Shown: piece by piece, positions 53,968-64,000 of the stretch
How the letters are laid out: each line of letters starts with the position of its first letter
How positions within the stretch are numbered: the first letter of the stretch is position 1
NCBI GenBank assembly: GCA_021208645.1
Contig: JAJOJL010000086.1
Location: forward strand, 6,730 to 70,729
Direction of reading: 5' to 3'
Source: Bacillus sp. (in: firmicutes)
GTDB lineage: Bacteria; Bacillota; Bacilli; Bacillales; Salisediminibacteriaceae
DNA: 64,000 nucleotides
The notes under the pieces: generated by a model
Told to the model about the DNA's origin: nothing
Database searches by the model: none
What the model saw: the letters and a program-made list of their open reading frames with translations, nothing else
Made by a program: the position numbers and the translations under genes

Positions 53968-54810
53968 TTAACTCCAGTTAGCTTTTCGACTTAATTTTTC
54001 TTTAAACTGCCCTTGCAGAAGGTCTATTTTACGTACATCAAGCTCCTCCATCTTTAACCAGTCTAAAGCAATTCTTTCAAACATATCACTTGAACCTGTT
54101 GAATAAAACAAGTGAGAAGGGTTTCTATCACCAGTAAATAATAGTTCCTGGTGATAAAGCAGAGCACTCACTTCTCTAGCTGTTTCATCACCAGAACATA
54201 TTATTTCTACAGTATCTCCTGCAATCTCTTTTATTATAGGTGCAAGAAGTGGATAATGCGTACAACCTAATATTAAACTATCGATGGAAGTAGTTAAAAT
54301 GGGTGACAACGATTCAGCAACGGTTCGTTTGGAATCTTGGCCTGACAATAACCCTTGTTCAACGAGGGGAACCAGCTTAGGACAAGCCAAACTCTCTACC
54401 TTTACATTCGGGTTTATCATGGTTAATTCACGAAAATACGCCCCGCTCTTAATCGTCCCTTCTGTTCCAATAACCCCAACATGATCATTTCTCGTTGCTT
54501 TTAAAGCAGCAATTGCCCCTGGATGAATAACCCCAATTACTGGAATTGTTAATCGTTGTTTTGCTTCATCTAGGACAACAGCCGTTGCAGTATTGCAAGC
54601 AATGACAAGCATTTTTATATCATGGAAAAGGAGATAGTCAATCATTTCCCACGTAAAGGTTTTTACTTCCTCAACAGTTCGTGGTCCATAAGGACATCTT
54701 GCTGTGTCACCAATATAGATGATTTCTTCTTTAGGTAGCTGACGGATTAATTCAGAAACGACAGTAAGTCCCCCCACTCCTGAATCAATCACTCCAATTG
54801 GTCTTTCCAA
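53968..54810 (-). CDS. racE: Glutamate racemase
   Basis: DSGVGG, ACNTA, LGCTHYP. Confidence 0.96.
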   Translation of the reverse strand: MERPIGVIDSGVGGLTVVSELIRQLPKEEIIYIGDTARCPYGPRTVEEVKTFTWEMIDYLLFHDIKMLVIACNTATAVVLDEAKQRLTIPVIGVIHPGAIAALKATRNDHVGVIGTEGTIKSGAYFRELTMINPNVKVESLACPKLVPLVEQGLLSGQDSKRTVAESLSPILTTSIDSLILGCTHYPLLAPIIKEIAGDTVEIICSGDETAREVSALLYHQELLFTGDRNPSHLFYSTGSSDMFERIALDWLKMEELDVRKIDLLQGQFKEKLSRKANWS

Positions 54811-54830
54811 TGCTGCACGTCCTTTGTTAA

Positions 54831-55309
54831 TTAAAATGATTTCCAGGTTTTTGCATCGCGTTTCATTTCATCGTTTAAAAACTTTAAGTTTTTTCTAGAA
54901 AATCCACGTCTTCTTTTGAGAAATTCTCAAGTACCCCTTGTAAATACGCTTGTCGCTGATGAATTACTTCCTGAATAATGGTAGTCCCTTTATCTAACAG
55001 GTGGATACGGACAACCCTGCGGTCATTCACATCCCTTACCCTTTCTACCAGTTCATTCTTCTCCATACGGTCCACTAAATCTGTTGTTGTACTACAAGCT
55101 AAATACATTTTTGAAGATAATTCACCTATGGTCATATCACCATATTCATGTAGCCATTGCAATGCTACAAACTGGGGAGGGGTTATGGGAAACTCATTTA
55201 AAATCTCTCTCCCTTTTTGTTTAACAATATCTGAAATACGACGTAGTGATTTTTCAATTTGAGCAACCTGTGCTAACTCTATACCTTCTTTTTGTTCAGC
55301 CATAGCCAA
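54831..55309 (-). CDS. ysmB: MarR family regulator (C-terminal frameshift)
   Basis: [27 protein letters not shown]. Confidence 0.88.
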
Positions 55310-55487
55310 TCCTCCTTTCGGTAATCGAAATATTGCTTTCTTTTATTTTGCTAGTTTTCTTATGTAATTTCAAGTATTTCTTCAATGATACTATACCGCA
55401 AAAAAAAACTTTTACACTACAAGAAAATATTCTCTTTTAGTTTTATGGGAAAATTACTCTTTGTAAACTAGAAATTCTGGTGACCCC

Positions 55488-55539
55488 AAATGGCTTCGAG
55501 GGTGTCTCCAAAGTGAAAATCCACTTCAAGAACACCCTC
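55488..55539 (-). repeat. Hairpin related to the flank of family B
   Basis: GAGGGTG..AAGTG..CACTT..CACCCTC-GAAGCCATTT resembles 29465-29515. Confidence 0.5.
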
Positions 55540-55595
55540 TAAACGTTTGGTCCAAGCTTATTTTTTTGAGAGTTTTGTAACAGACTGCCACTCTA

Positions 55596-55858
55596 CTAAC
55601 TAAATTCACTTCTCATCAGCTCATCAATCCCTTTTATGGCTTCTTCTTCATCTGTTCCTTCAACAGTAATGGTGATCTCTGCACCTTGTGCAATACCTAA
55701 AGACATAACACCCATTATCGACTTTAAGTTCACTTTTTTTCCCTTTTGTGCTCCAATGTTATCTCAGATTCATATTGACTAGCTTGATTTACCAGTTGGG
55801 TTGCTGGTCTAGCATGAATACCTGTCTCAGATGTTATGGTATACTTCTTTTCTACCAT
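55596..55858 (-). CDS. ptsH: Phosphocarrier protein HPr (frameshift near 55742; absent from the ORF track)
   Basis: [23 protein letters not shown] (His15) and [14 protein letters not shown] (Ser46). Confidence 0.88.
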
Positions 55859-56053
55859 CGTTTTCACTCCTATTTCTTATTGTTTGTGATTTAGTTTCCT
55901 ACCTATACTTATTTGTACCCTAATTCCGTTGGAGATAACAAGAGAAAAAATGGGCTACAAAAAAAAGACCTCAGAAATAATTATTCTGAGGTTGCACACT
56001 CATTCTAAAAATGGATGCAAAACCGACTTCAAAAATACGAAGCCGGTAATACA

Positions 56054-56278
56054 TCAAATTTTCAGTTCCCCTAATCTTACTAATTCGATAACTGCTTGCG
56101 AGCGCCCCTTTACTCCAAGCTTCTGCATCGTGTTCGAAATATGATTACGAACGGTCTTTTCACTTATGAATAACTGTGCAGCAATTTCTTTCGTTGTCTT
56201 ATCCTGTACGAGGAGTTCGAAAACTTCCCGTTCCCGTTTCGTTAAAAGCGGTTTAGGTCGGAACTCATGTTCTTTCAA
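56054..56278 (-). CDS. gerE: Spore coat transcription regulator GerE
   Basis: [36 protein letters not shown]. Confidence 0.97.
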   Translation of the reverse strand: MKEHEFRPKPLLTKREREVFELLVQDKTTKEIAAQLFISEKTVRNHISNTMQKLGVKGRSQAVIELVRLGELKI

Positions 56279-56339
56279 TAGTTTCACCCTTTCTTGCATG
56301 GGCTGCTTCATCTGCAATAGTTAGTATTTAGTCATGATT

Positions 56340-56367
56340 ATCTTATGTACGAATAAGAAACCATGTG
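56340..56367 (-). promoter_or_regulatory. SigK promoter of gerE
   Basis: CACA-16-CATAAGAT. Confidence 0.65.
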
Positions 56368-56455
56368 ACACGACAAAGCTAGGCAAAAAAGGATTTTTTT
56401 ATAAAATCTTAAAAAAACTCTCTTTTTCTAGTCAAAAATTTATTTAGAAACCTAA

Positions 56456-56911
56456 TTATAGACTTTTTTGAATACATTTCATTGCAGTTTCACTCCATGG
56501 AACCGGTTTACCAGTTGCTTTAGAGATTTGAACCATTCTTCCCCTCCCAGTCATACAAATATCCCCTTTTTCATTTAAAATCATGTAATGTAGATCTACC
56601 GATGTCTTCCCAATCGTATCGGCTTTTACATATACTTGAAGGGAATCATCAAAAAAATACTTGTTTCCTATAATCACATTGTAAATCGGCAGTAACGGGA
56701 ATCGTCTCTCCCTTCTGAGAAAACCACTCTTCTGCCAGACCAGTTTTCTTTGAAAAAAATTTATCCTTGCTTCTTCAAAATACACAAAAGAAATACAATT
56801 ATTCATGTGTCCAAAAGCATCTGTTTCTGAAAATCGAACAGTTACAGGATAACTGTATTTAAATGACTCTCTCCACTCAACAAGATTTTCAATGTATATC
56901 GGCTTTGCCAC
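56456..56911 (-). CDS. ysmA: Acyl-CoA thioesterase (internal compensating frameshifts likely)
   Basis: VRFSETDAFGHMNN..YFEEAR. Confidence 0.88.
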   Translation of the reverse strand: MAKPIYIENLVEWRESFKYSYPVTVRFSETDAFGHMNNCISFVYFEEARINFFQRKLVWQKSGFLRRERRFPLLPIYNVIIGNKYFFDDSLQVYVKADTIGKTSVDLHYMILNEKGDICMTGRGRMVQISKATGKPVPWSETAMKCIQKSL

Positions 56912-56933
56912 AATACCACCCCTCACACTCGGT

Positions 56934-56953
56934 ATGAATGACTATTCATTCAT
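56934..56953. promoter_or_regulatory. FadR (YsiA) box
   Basis: ATGAATGACTATTCATTCAT matches WTGAATGAMTANTCATTCAN. Confidence 0.75.
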
Positions 56954-57000
56954 TGTTTTTGAAAGAAGAAAGGGACAAAATGTCCCTTATTAAATATAGC

Positions 57001-57765
57001 TTATACGTTTTCGTCACTTCCGAAGAAATCTTTAAATGATTGCAAAGTTGTGTCACGATTCAAAGCTGCAATGGAAGTTGTTAATGGAATTCCTTTTGGA
57101 CAAGCCTGCACACAGTTTTGTGAGTTCCCACAATTCGTTAGGCCACCGTCATCATCCATAATCGTTCTCAGGCGTTCTGCTTTATGCATTGCACCTGTCG
57201 GATGTGCATTAAATAGACGAACTTGAGATAAAGGTGCTGGACCAATGAATTCTGATTTACTGTTAACATTTGGACAGGCCTCTAAACACACACCACAAGT
57301 CATACACTTTGAGAGTTCATAAGCCCATTGACGCTTCGCTTCTGGCATACGTGGTCCAGGTCCTAAATCATATGTTCCGTCAATTGGGATCCACGCTTTT
57401 ACACGCTTTAAGGAATCAAACATTTTTTGACGGTCAACAACTAAATCACGAACAACCGGGAATGTATTCATTGGCTTTAAGCGAATCGGCTGCTCTAATT
57501 GGTCAATTAACGCCGTACAAGACTGACGTGGCTTCCCGTTAATGACCATGGAACAGGCCCCGCAAACTTCCTCTAAACATACGGACTCCCAAGCTACAGC
57601 AGTTGTATCTTCACCATTGGCATTAACAGGGTTTCGGCGAATTTCCATGAGTGCAGAAATAACATTCATATTCTCACGATATGGGAGAACGAATTTTTCA
57701 TCGTAAGGCGCACTTTCATGATCCTTTTGTCGCGTTATAATCAGTTCAATAGTTCTTTCACTCAT
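57001..57765 (-). CDS. sdhB: Succinate dehydrogenase iron-sulfur subunit
   Basis: CLEEVCGAC, CMTCGVCLEAC, CGNSQNCVQACP. Confidence 0.97.
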   Translation of the reverse strand: MSERTIELIITRQKDHESAPYDEKFVLPYRENMNVISALMEIRRNPVNANGEDTTAVAWESVCLEEVCGACSMVINGKPRQSCTALIDQLEQPIRLKPMNTFPVVRDLVVDRQKMFDSLKRVKAWIPIDGTYDLGPGPRMPEAKRQWAYELSKCMTCGVCLEACPNVNSKSEFIGPAPLSQVRLFNAHPTGAMHKAERLRTIMDDDGGLTNCGNSQNCVQACPKGIPLTTSIAALNRDTTLQSFKDFFGSDENV

Positions 57766-59531
57766 TTCTTTTCACCTGCTTTCTTTTTAGAAGTATAATC
57801 ACGCTTACGTGGTGGAATAAGTGAAATATCTACTTCTTCATACTCAAATTCCGGTCCATTAGTTGCAACGTTATATTTGGCTTTCGTAGTTTTTAACCAT
57901 TCTTCGTCATTACGCTCAGGGAATTCCGGTTTAAAGTGCGCGCCTCTGCTCTCGTTCCGGCGGTAAGCACCAAGAGTAATAACACGAGCAAGGTTTAACA
58001 TTCCTTCTAATTGACGAACAAAGGCTGCACTTTGATTGCTCCACTTTGCCGTATCGTCAATATTAATATTCTTAAATCTTTCAAGTAATTCTTGTAGTTT
58101 CTCATCTGTAGCTAATAAACGTTTATTTTCACGAACTACGGTTACATTATCTGTCATCCATTGACCTAGTTCTTGATGAAGCTTAAATGCATTTTCTTCT
58201 CCTTGCATGGACAATATTTCATCATGCTTCGCTTGATCTTTTTGAACTTGGGCATCAAAAACATCAGAAGATAGGTCTTCACTTAACTCATCTAAACCAT
58301 TGATATAGTCAATTGCCTTTGGTCCTGCTACCATCCCACCATAAATGGCTGATAACAAGGAGTTAGCTCCTAATCGATTAGCTCCGTGCTGAGAATAATC
58401 ACACTCACCAGCAGCGAACAGACCAGGAATATTAGTCATTTGATCATAATCTACCCACAGTCCACCCATAGAGTAATGTACAGCCGGGAAGATTTTCATC
58501 GGTACTTTACGAGGGTCATCACCCATAAACTTTTCATAGATTTCCATAATACCACCAAGCTTAATATCAAGCTCTTTCGGGTCTTTATGAGAAAGATCTA
58601 AGTAAACCATGTTTTCCCCATTAATACCTAATTTTAAATCCACACAGACGTGGAAGATCTCACGAGTTGCAATATCACGAGGTACTAAGTTTCCGTAGGC
58701 AGGATACTTCTCCTCTAAGAAATACCATGGTTTTCCGTCTTTATATGTCCAAACACGTCCGCCTTCTCCACGAGCAGATTCACTCATGAGACGAAGTTTA
58801 TCGTCTCCTGGAATAGCAGTTGGATGGATTTGAATAAACTCACCGTTAGCGTAATAAGCCCCTTGCTCATATACCGCAGCGGCTGCATAACCTGTATTAA
58901 TCATGGAGTTGGTAGATTTACCAAATATGATACCAGGTCCACCTGTTGCTAGAATAACAGCATCTGCTCTAAACGGCTTAATTTCTGAAGTATTTAAGTC
59001 TTGTGCAGTAATCCCACGACAAACCCCATCGTCGTCTAATACGGCATGTAAGAATTCCCATCCTTCATACTTCGTTACAAGCCCAGCAACCTCATGGCGG
59101 CGAACTTGCTCGTCTAATGCATATAATAACTGTTGACCAGTTGTTGCACCGGCAAACGCAGTACGGTGATGTTGTGTTCCTCCAAAACGGCGAAGTGCTA
59201 ACAAACCTTCCCCAGTACGGTTAAACATAACTCCCATACGATCCATCAAATGGATAATCCCTGGTGCAGCGTCACACATTGCTTTTACTGGTGGTTGGTT
59301 GGCAAGAAAGTCTCCTCCGTAAATAGAGTCATCGAAATGCTCCCAAGTGGAGTCTCCTTCACCCATTGTATTTAACGCCCCGTTAATCCCGCCCTGTGCA
59401 CATACAGAGTGTGATCGTTTAACAGGTACGACGGAAAACAAATCTACTGATACGCCAGCTTCCGCTGCTTTTATTGTCGCCATCAGTCCGGCTAAACCGC
59501 CGCCGACAACGATTATTCTACCTTTGCTCAT
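57762..59531 (-). CDS. sdhA: Succinate dehydrogenase flavoprotein
   Basis: RSHSVCAQGG, HYSMGG, HGANRLGANSL. Confidence 0.98.
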   Translation of the reverse strand: MSKGRIIVVGGGLAGLMATIKAAEAGVSVDLFSVVPVKRSHSVCAQGGINGALNTMGEGDSTWEHFDDSIYGGDFLANQPPVKAMCDAAPGIIHLMDRMGVMFNRTGEGLLALRRFGGTQHHRTAFAGATTGQQLLYALDEQVRRHEVAGLVTKYEGWEFLHAVLDDDGVCRGITAQDLNTSEIKPFRADAVILATGGPGIIFGKSTNSMINTGYAAAAVYEQGAYYANGEFIQIHPTAIPGDDKLRLMSESARGEGGRVWTYKDGKPWYFLEEKYPAYGNLVPRDIATREIFHVCVDLKLGINGENMVYLDLSHKDPKELDIKLGGIMEIYEKFMGDDPRKVPMKIFPAVHYSMGGLWVDYDQMTNIPGLFAAGECDYSQHGANRLGANSLLSAIYGGMVAGPKAIDYINGLDELSEDLSSDVFDAQVQKDQAKHDEILSMQGEENAFKLHQELGQWMTDNVTVVRENKRLLATDEKLQELLERFKNINIDDTAKWSNQSAAFVRQLEGMLNLARVITLGAYRRNESRGAHFKPEFPERNDEEWLKTTKAKYNVATNGPEFEYEEVDISLIPPRKRDYTSKKKAGEKK

Positions 59532-59554
59532 TTAGAAACACTCCTTCTTTTTGG

Positions 59555-60164
59555 CTAGACAAATGCTAAGATCGCTCGGATTCCAATATAAGACATGATT
59601 ACGAAAATTGCCATTGCTACATAGGTCATAAGTTGCTGGGAACGAGGAGAAACAGTAATTCCCCATGTTACTGCAAAAGACCACAATCCATTTCCAAAAT
59701 GGAAGGATGCAGCAATAATCGAAATAATATAAAGTACAAGAGCAATAGGACTGGCAACGATGTCAGCCATCATATCATAGTTCACTTCTGCTCCAAATGC
59801 CTTTTGGATTCTCGTATCCCATACATGCCATGCAACGAAAATAATTGTAATTACCCCTGTAATACGCTGCAGGCGGAACATCCAGTTCCTAAAATAGCTG
59901 TATGTAGACGTATTGTTCTTCGCTTGAAAAGCAATGTATAAGCCGTAAATACCGTGAAAAAGAATAGGAATGTAGATTAATACAAACTCCATTACTAATA
60001 AAAATGGTAGTTGTTCCATAAAATGTGTTGCCTGGTTATATGCCTCAGGACCCTGTACGGCTTGATAATTGATCATAAAATGAACAATTAAAAATGCCCC
60101 TAGTGGCACAACACCAAGCAGAGAATTGCAATTTACGATAGAAAAACTCGCGATTCTTGGACAT
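59555..60164 (-). CDS. sdhC: Succinate dehydrogenase cytochrome b558 (5' frameshift)
   Basis: MSKNREFFYRKL.., HGIYG, QRITG, HFGNGLWSF. Confidence 0.95.
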
Positions 60165-60312
60165 CAAATTCTCCCCCTAAAATGATAGTTAGTACTTTAA
60201 AACAAATTATTTGTCGTATATTAACCTCCTTTTCCATAAATCTATTAATACATCATTACACATTTGTAAATAGTGAAATTTAACACAAGTTTGTATAAAC
60301 TGTGACAATTTC

Positions 60313-60354
60313 ATTTTACCCCTCTATCCACTAGCCGTCAAGAAAGCGGATACA
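60313..60354 (-). promoter_or_regulatory. SigA promoter of sdhCAB with adjacent cre-like site
   Basis: TTGACG-17-TAAAAT; AGAAAGCGGATACA adjoins the -35. Confidence 0.65.
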
Positions 60355-60556
60355 CCTTATTATTTTAACAGAAAAATGTTATTTGTGGCACATTCTTCTA
60401 AATTTTCTGATTAAAAAATGTTTTAAAACCATCACTATAGTGTTTAAAGTCAACGAGAAAGCACTTTCTTCCTCGAAGAAAAGTGCTTTTCAAATTGAGA
60501 AGCATTATTATTATTCATAATTCAGACACAATTTTCCTGGAATACCTTTTTGTGAA

Positions 60557-61907
60557 TTATCCAATAATGATTCGCTCTGTCGGATACTTGTAATGGCTGA
60601 CTTTTTCCCTAGCACGAATGGAAAACAAGAAGGCAATTAGACCTACCCGACCTATTAACATAAGAACCATTAACGTTATTTGACTCGGTAGTGTCAAATG
60701 AGACGTGATCCCCATGGATAGTCCACACGTTCCGAAGGCAGAACTTACTTCAAAAATGATTGCCATTAGTTCAATATTGCTGCTGTTTTCAAAGGCACTG
60801 ATTAATATTATGGAAAGAAGCAAGCCAACGAGAAAGACGGACAGTACGATAAACGCTTTTTGCCTGTCTTCTTCATGAATCTCCCTGCCAAAGGCTTTTA
60901 CATCCCTTCTTCCCATGGCAAAGCTCTTAATCGTTAAGAACATGACTGCTAGAGTAGTCGTACGAATCCCTCCGCCAACGCTTGACGGGCTAGCACCAAT
61001 TATCATTAATGCAGAGATAAACAACAAGCTTGCCAGTGTAAGCTGAGAAATATCCATTGTTGCTAACCCCCCACTCCTTGCAGTAGCAGAGTTAAACAAG
61101 GAAAAAAAAGAGTTGCTGATGCCAGCTTAGCCCTTCATAAAAAGCATTTCTCTCTAGGAACCAAAGACCAACAAATCCAATGGCAAAAACTATGAAATAG
61201 GTGGAAACAGCGATCTTTGTAAATAAGCTAAATCGGAAGGTTCGATCCTTCGATTTGAAGTATTCCTTCAGTTCAATAATAACTGGAAACCCAATTGCTC
61301 CAGCAAATATTAACAATATATTTACCATCTGTACAAAATAATCGTCCGCAAAGGGAATTAATGACTGTCCCGTAACATCGAAGCCCGCATTAGTGAAAGC
61401 CGATAAAGCACCAAATGCCCCTTGATAATAGGCTTCTGCAACCGTATCAAAATAGTTCATATAATATGTACCTAAAACTATTGCACCAACTAATTCAATA
61501 GCTAAAGCTGTAAATAAAATACCTTTCATGAGACTAACTAAGCCAGAGAAGGCAATTTGATTTTGGTCAACCATAATTAACATTCGCTGGGACAACACGA
61601 TTTTTCTACCAAAGGCAATCCAAACGAATGTTCCTAATGTCATGATCCCAATTCCACCAAGCTGAATGGCAAGGGCTAAAAAGAATATTCCAATACCACT
61701 GTACGTCTCAGAAACATTAACAACCGTAAGTCCCGTAACACTAACGGCACTAACGGATGTAAACAGAGCCTCTGAATAAGATACAGTAATACCAGGTTGG
61801 GAAGATATGGGTAAATATAGTAAAAGGCTGAATAGGAACATGGCAAGAATATAAGAAATGACAATTACCCTGAACGGACTTAAAAACTTAGTCAACCCTA
61901 ATTTCAT
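60557..61907 (-). CDS. ktrB: Ktr/TrkH-type cation uptake membrane subunit (frameshift near 61105)
   Basis: SAVSVTGL, SAFTNAGF, TARSGG, SVGGGIRTTT, SAFGTCGLSMG. Confidence 0.88.
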
Positions 61908-62125
61908 TTGCAGTTACCTCCGTTTTTCATACGGGCTTTAGTATATCATGACTTATGTTCCGTTTACCATCTTTGTCCAAAAAATTATGTTGAAAATATA
62001 TCATAATTATTTTAAGTCTATGGTAAGATGAGAAATGAAATATTGATTTTGACAATGTATGAAATGTACTAATTATAAAGCTCATTAGGGGTGCACCAAA
62101 CACGTTTAAGAAGGATGGGGTTATA

Positions 62126-62569
62126 TTGGCGAAGAAAAAACAATGGATCGAATTGATCGAGGAAATGGACACACCCATTTCACCCTTTAGTAATCACGTG
62201 CTCCGTCACGTCTTGATTCCAGAATTATTAGGGGAAGAAGAAGCAAGTATTCTCTATTGGGCAGGAAAAGCAATTGCGAGAAAATTACAAGTGGAGGATA
62301 TGAGTGATTTACCTTCATTTTTTGAAAAAGCTAATTGGGGTACATTGACCTTGATTAAAGAAAGGCGTCACGAAAAACACTATGACTTAGTAGCGCCAAT
62401 GATGATACCATACCGACCATTATCAATGGAATGCGGCTTCCTAGCTCAATGGATGGAACATCAATCAGGTTTCGTTTCAGAAGCTACCTATGAAGTAAAA
62501 AAGAAAAAACCATTAACATGTAGAATTATTGTTCGCTGGGATCCAAAAGACAAAATAGAAATATTTTAA
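62126..62569 (+). CDS. yslB: YslB/DUF2507 protein
   Basis: LIPELLGEE..ILYWAGK..FFEKANWG. Confidence 0.88.
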   Translation: MAKKKQWIELIEEMDTPISPFSNHVLRHVLIPELLGEEEASILYWAGKAIARKLQVEDMSDLPSFFEKANWGTLTLIKERRHEKHYDLVAPMMIPYRPLSMECGFLAQWMEHQSGFVSEATYEVKKKKPLTCRIIVRWDPKDKIEIF

Positions 62570-62572
62570 AAG

Positions 62573-62699
62573 CCTTACTCAAAAGGGGGATATTTCCCCT
62601 TTTAAGTAAGACTCGATCCAATAAGCGGAGCCGTCGCAGCCTTTTAAGTGATGACAGGAGCGGGTTTCTCCTGTCAGCGAGCGACGAGCAAAGCCATTT
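62573..62699 (+). repeat. Family B repeat copy 3 with 5' hairpin
   Basis: CAATA-AGCGGAGC-CGTCGC..TGACAGGAG/CTCCTGTCA..GCGACG-AGCAAAGC-CATT. Confidence 0.75.
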
Positions 62700-62741
62700 A
62701 CCATTTATTACAGCATAAATAGTCAGCCTATTTTATTGAAA

Positions 62742-63992
62742 TTAAGAGACTGCAGCCTTTGCTTCCTCTTTAATTTCATCCAATTCAAAGGCAGAATGTA
62801 GAGCTTCTACTGCCTTTACCATTTTTTCTTCCTCAATAACAACAGATACTTTGATCTCGGAAGTGGTGACCATTTTAATTCCAATCTCTTCGTCTGATAA
62901 GGCCTTGAACATGGTAGCAGCAACTCCTGGGTTTGATACCATACCTGAACCTACAATAGATACCTTTGCTAGTTCCCCTTCATGCCGAATTTCTGTATAC
63001 CCTAATTTCTTCTTGTTCCTTTCTAAAACTTGAATCGCTTCCGGCAAGTCATGAGTTAAAATCGTGAAAGAAATATTCATTTCATTTTTTCCTGTCATTT
63101 GTTGAATGATAATATCTACGTCAATCCCCGCATCCGCCAGCGGTGAAAACACGTTGGCCATTGTATGAACGTTATTCGGTAAATTTTCAATCCTTATTTT
63201 CGTCACGGCCCCTTCAAAAGCTAAGCCCCTGACAGTCAAATTTTGTTCCATGGAAACTTCCTCCTCAACAATCGTTCCTTCTTTATCTACCATACTTGAT
63301 CGTACAATTAGCTTTACATTATAGTTCTTAGCAAACTCCACAGCCCTTGGGTGAAGGACACCAGCACCTAAGTTGGCCAGTTCTAACATTTCATCATAGG
63401 AAATACTTTGCAGTTGTCTTGCTTCTTTTGCCACACGAGGATCGCATGTGTAGACTCCAGTCACATCTGTATATATGGTACACGATTCCGCGTTTAAAGC
63501 TGCAGCAAGGGCAACGGCCGTTGTATCAGAACCTCCACGGCCTAATGTAGTGATTTCTTCCCCTTCATCGGTCAAGCCTTGAAAGCCTGCCACAATCACT
63601 GCTTTTCCTTCGTTTAGGTAAGCTTCCACCCGTTCCGTTTCTATACTAGTTATTCTTGCATTTTGGTGAACTGGTTCTGTTTTAATTCCAGCCTGCCAGC
63701 CTGTTAAGGAAACGGCTTCAATTCCCATCTCTTTCAGCGCCATTACCATCAGTGACATGGTTACTTGTTCACCAGTGCTTAAAAGCATATCCATTTCCCG
63801 CTTTACGGGACTATCGGTAATATCTTGAGCAAGCTGTACTAAGGAATCGGTTGATTTTCCCATCGCTGAAACCACTGTAACTACTTTGTGTCCAGCCTCC
63901 ATCGCTTTTTTCACCTTTTCAGCTGCTCGTTTAATTTTTGTTACATCCCCGACAGAAGTTCCTCCGAACTTCTGAACAATCGTTGCCAACAT
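62742..63992 (-). CDS. lysC: Aspartokinase II (alpha subunit; beta subunit from internal start at 63251)
   Basis: QKFGGTSV, TTLGRGGSDTTA, ACT domains; internal GAGGAGG RBS before MEQNL. Confidence 0.96.
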   Translation of the reverse strand: MLATIVQKFGGTSVGDVTKIKRAAEKVKKAMEAGHKVVTVVSAMGKSTDSLVQLAQDITDSPVKREMDMLLSTGEQVTMSLMVMALKEMGIEAVSLTGWQAGIKTEPVHQNARITSIETERVEAYLNEGKAVIVAGFQGLTDEGEEITTLGRGGSDTTAVALAAALNAESCTIYTDVTGVYTCDPRVAKEARQLQSISYDEMLELANLGAGVLHPRAVEFAKNYNVKLIVRSSMVDKEGTIVEEEVSMEQNLTVRGLAFEGAVTKIRIENLPNNVHTMANVFSPLADAGIDVDIIIQQMTGKNEMNISFTILTHDLPEAIQVLERNKKKLGYTEIRHEGELAKVSIVGSGMVSNPGVAATMFKALSDEEIGIKMVTTSEIKVSVVIEEEKMVKAVEALHSAFELDEIKEEAKAAVS

Positions 63993-64000
63993 GAACGCCT

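Noticed and set aside
62742-63251. Internal in-frame start in lysC
   Set aside because: Real, but a well-known feature (aspartokinase II beta subunit)

Overview
Low-GC Bacillaceae chromosome segment, probably from an alkaliphile-like spore former. It contains many single-base frameshifts in homopolymer runs, including in housekeeping genes, which points to long-read sequencing error rather than pseudogenes. (1) 1-20.3 kb: flagellar hook/basal-body operon, fliE to sigD-swrB, in B. subtilis gene order but without ylxF, fliL, cheY and cheBAWCD. Its FliM and FliY have degenerate CheY-interaction motifs, and it ends in DUF327 and PilZ genes rather than rpsB. (2) 21-29.8 kb: glycerophosphodiester/phosphate scavenging module (glpQ, ugpAEB, glpP, phoU, Na/Pi cotransporter) downstream of tRNA-Ala. 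(3) 30-46 kb: yug/pgi core region carrying two insertions, a tungsten-type aldehyde:ferredoxin oxidoreductase cassette (with MoaD/SAMP-like protein, a second GG-tailed protein and MoeB) and fixABCX. (4) 46-64 kb: yxlEFG-like ABC transporter, six tRNAs, and the ysnB-rdgB-rph-gerM-racE-ysmB-ptsH-gerE-ysmA-sdhCAB-ktrB-yslB-lysC core. Intergenic DNA holds several structured repeat families. One shows compensatory base changes and GCGNAGC mini-hairpins, and another forms a CRISPR-like palindromic array with no cas genes.
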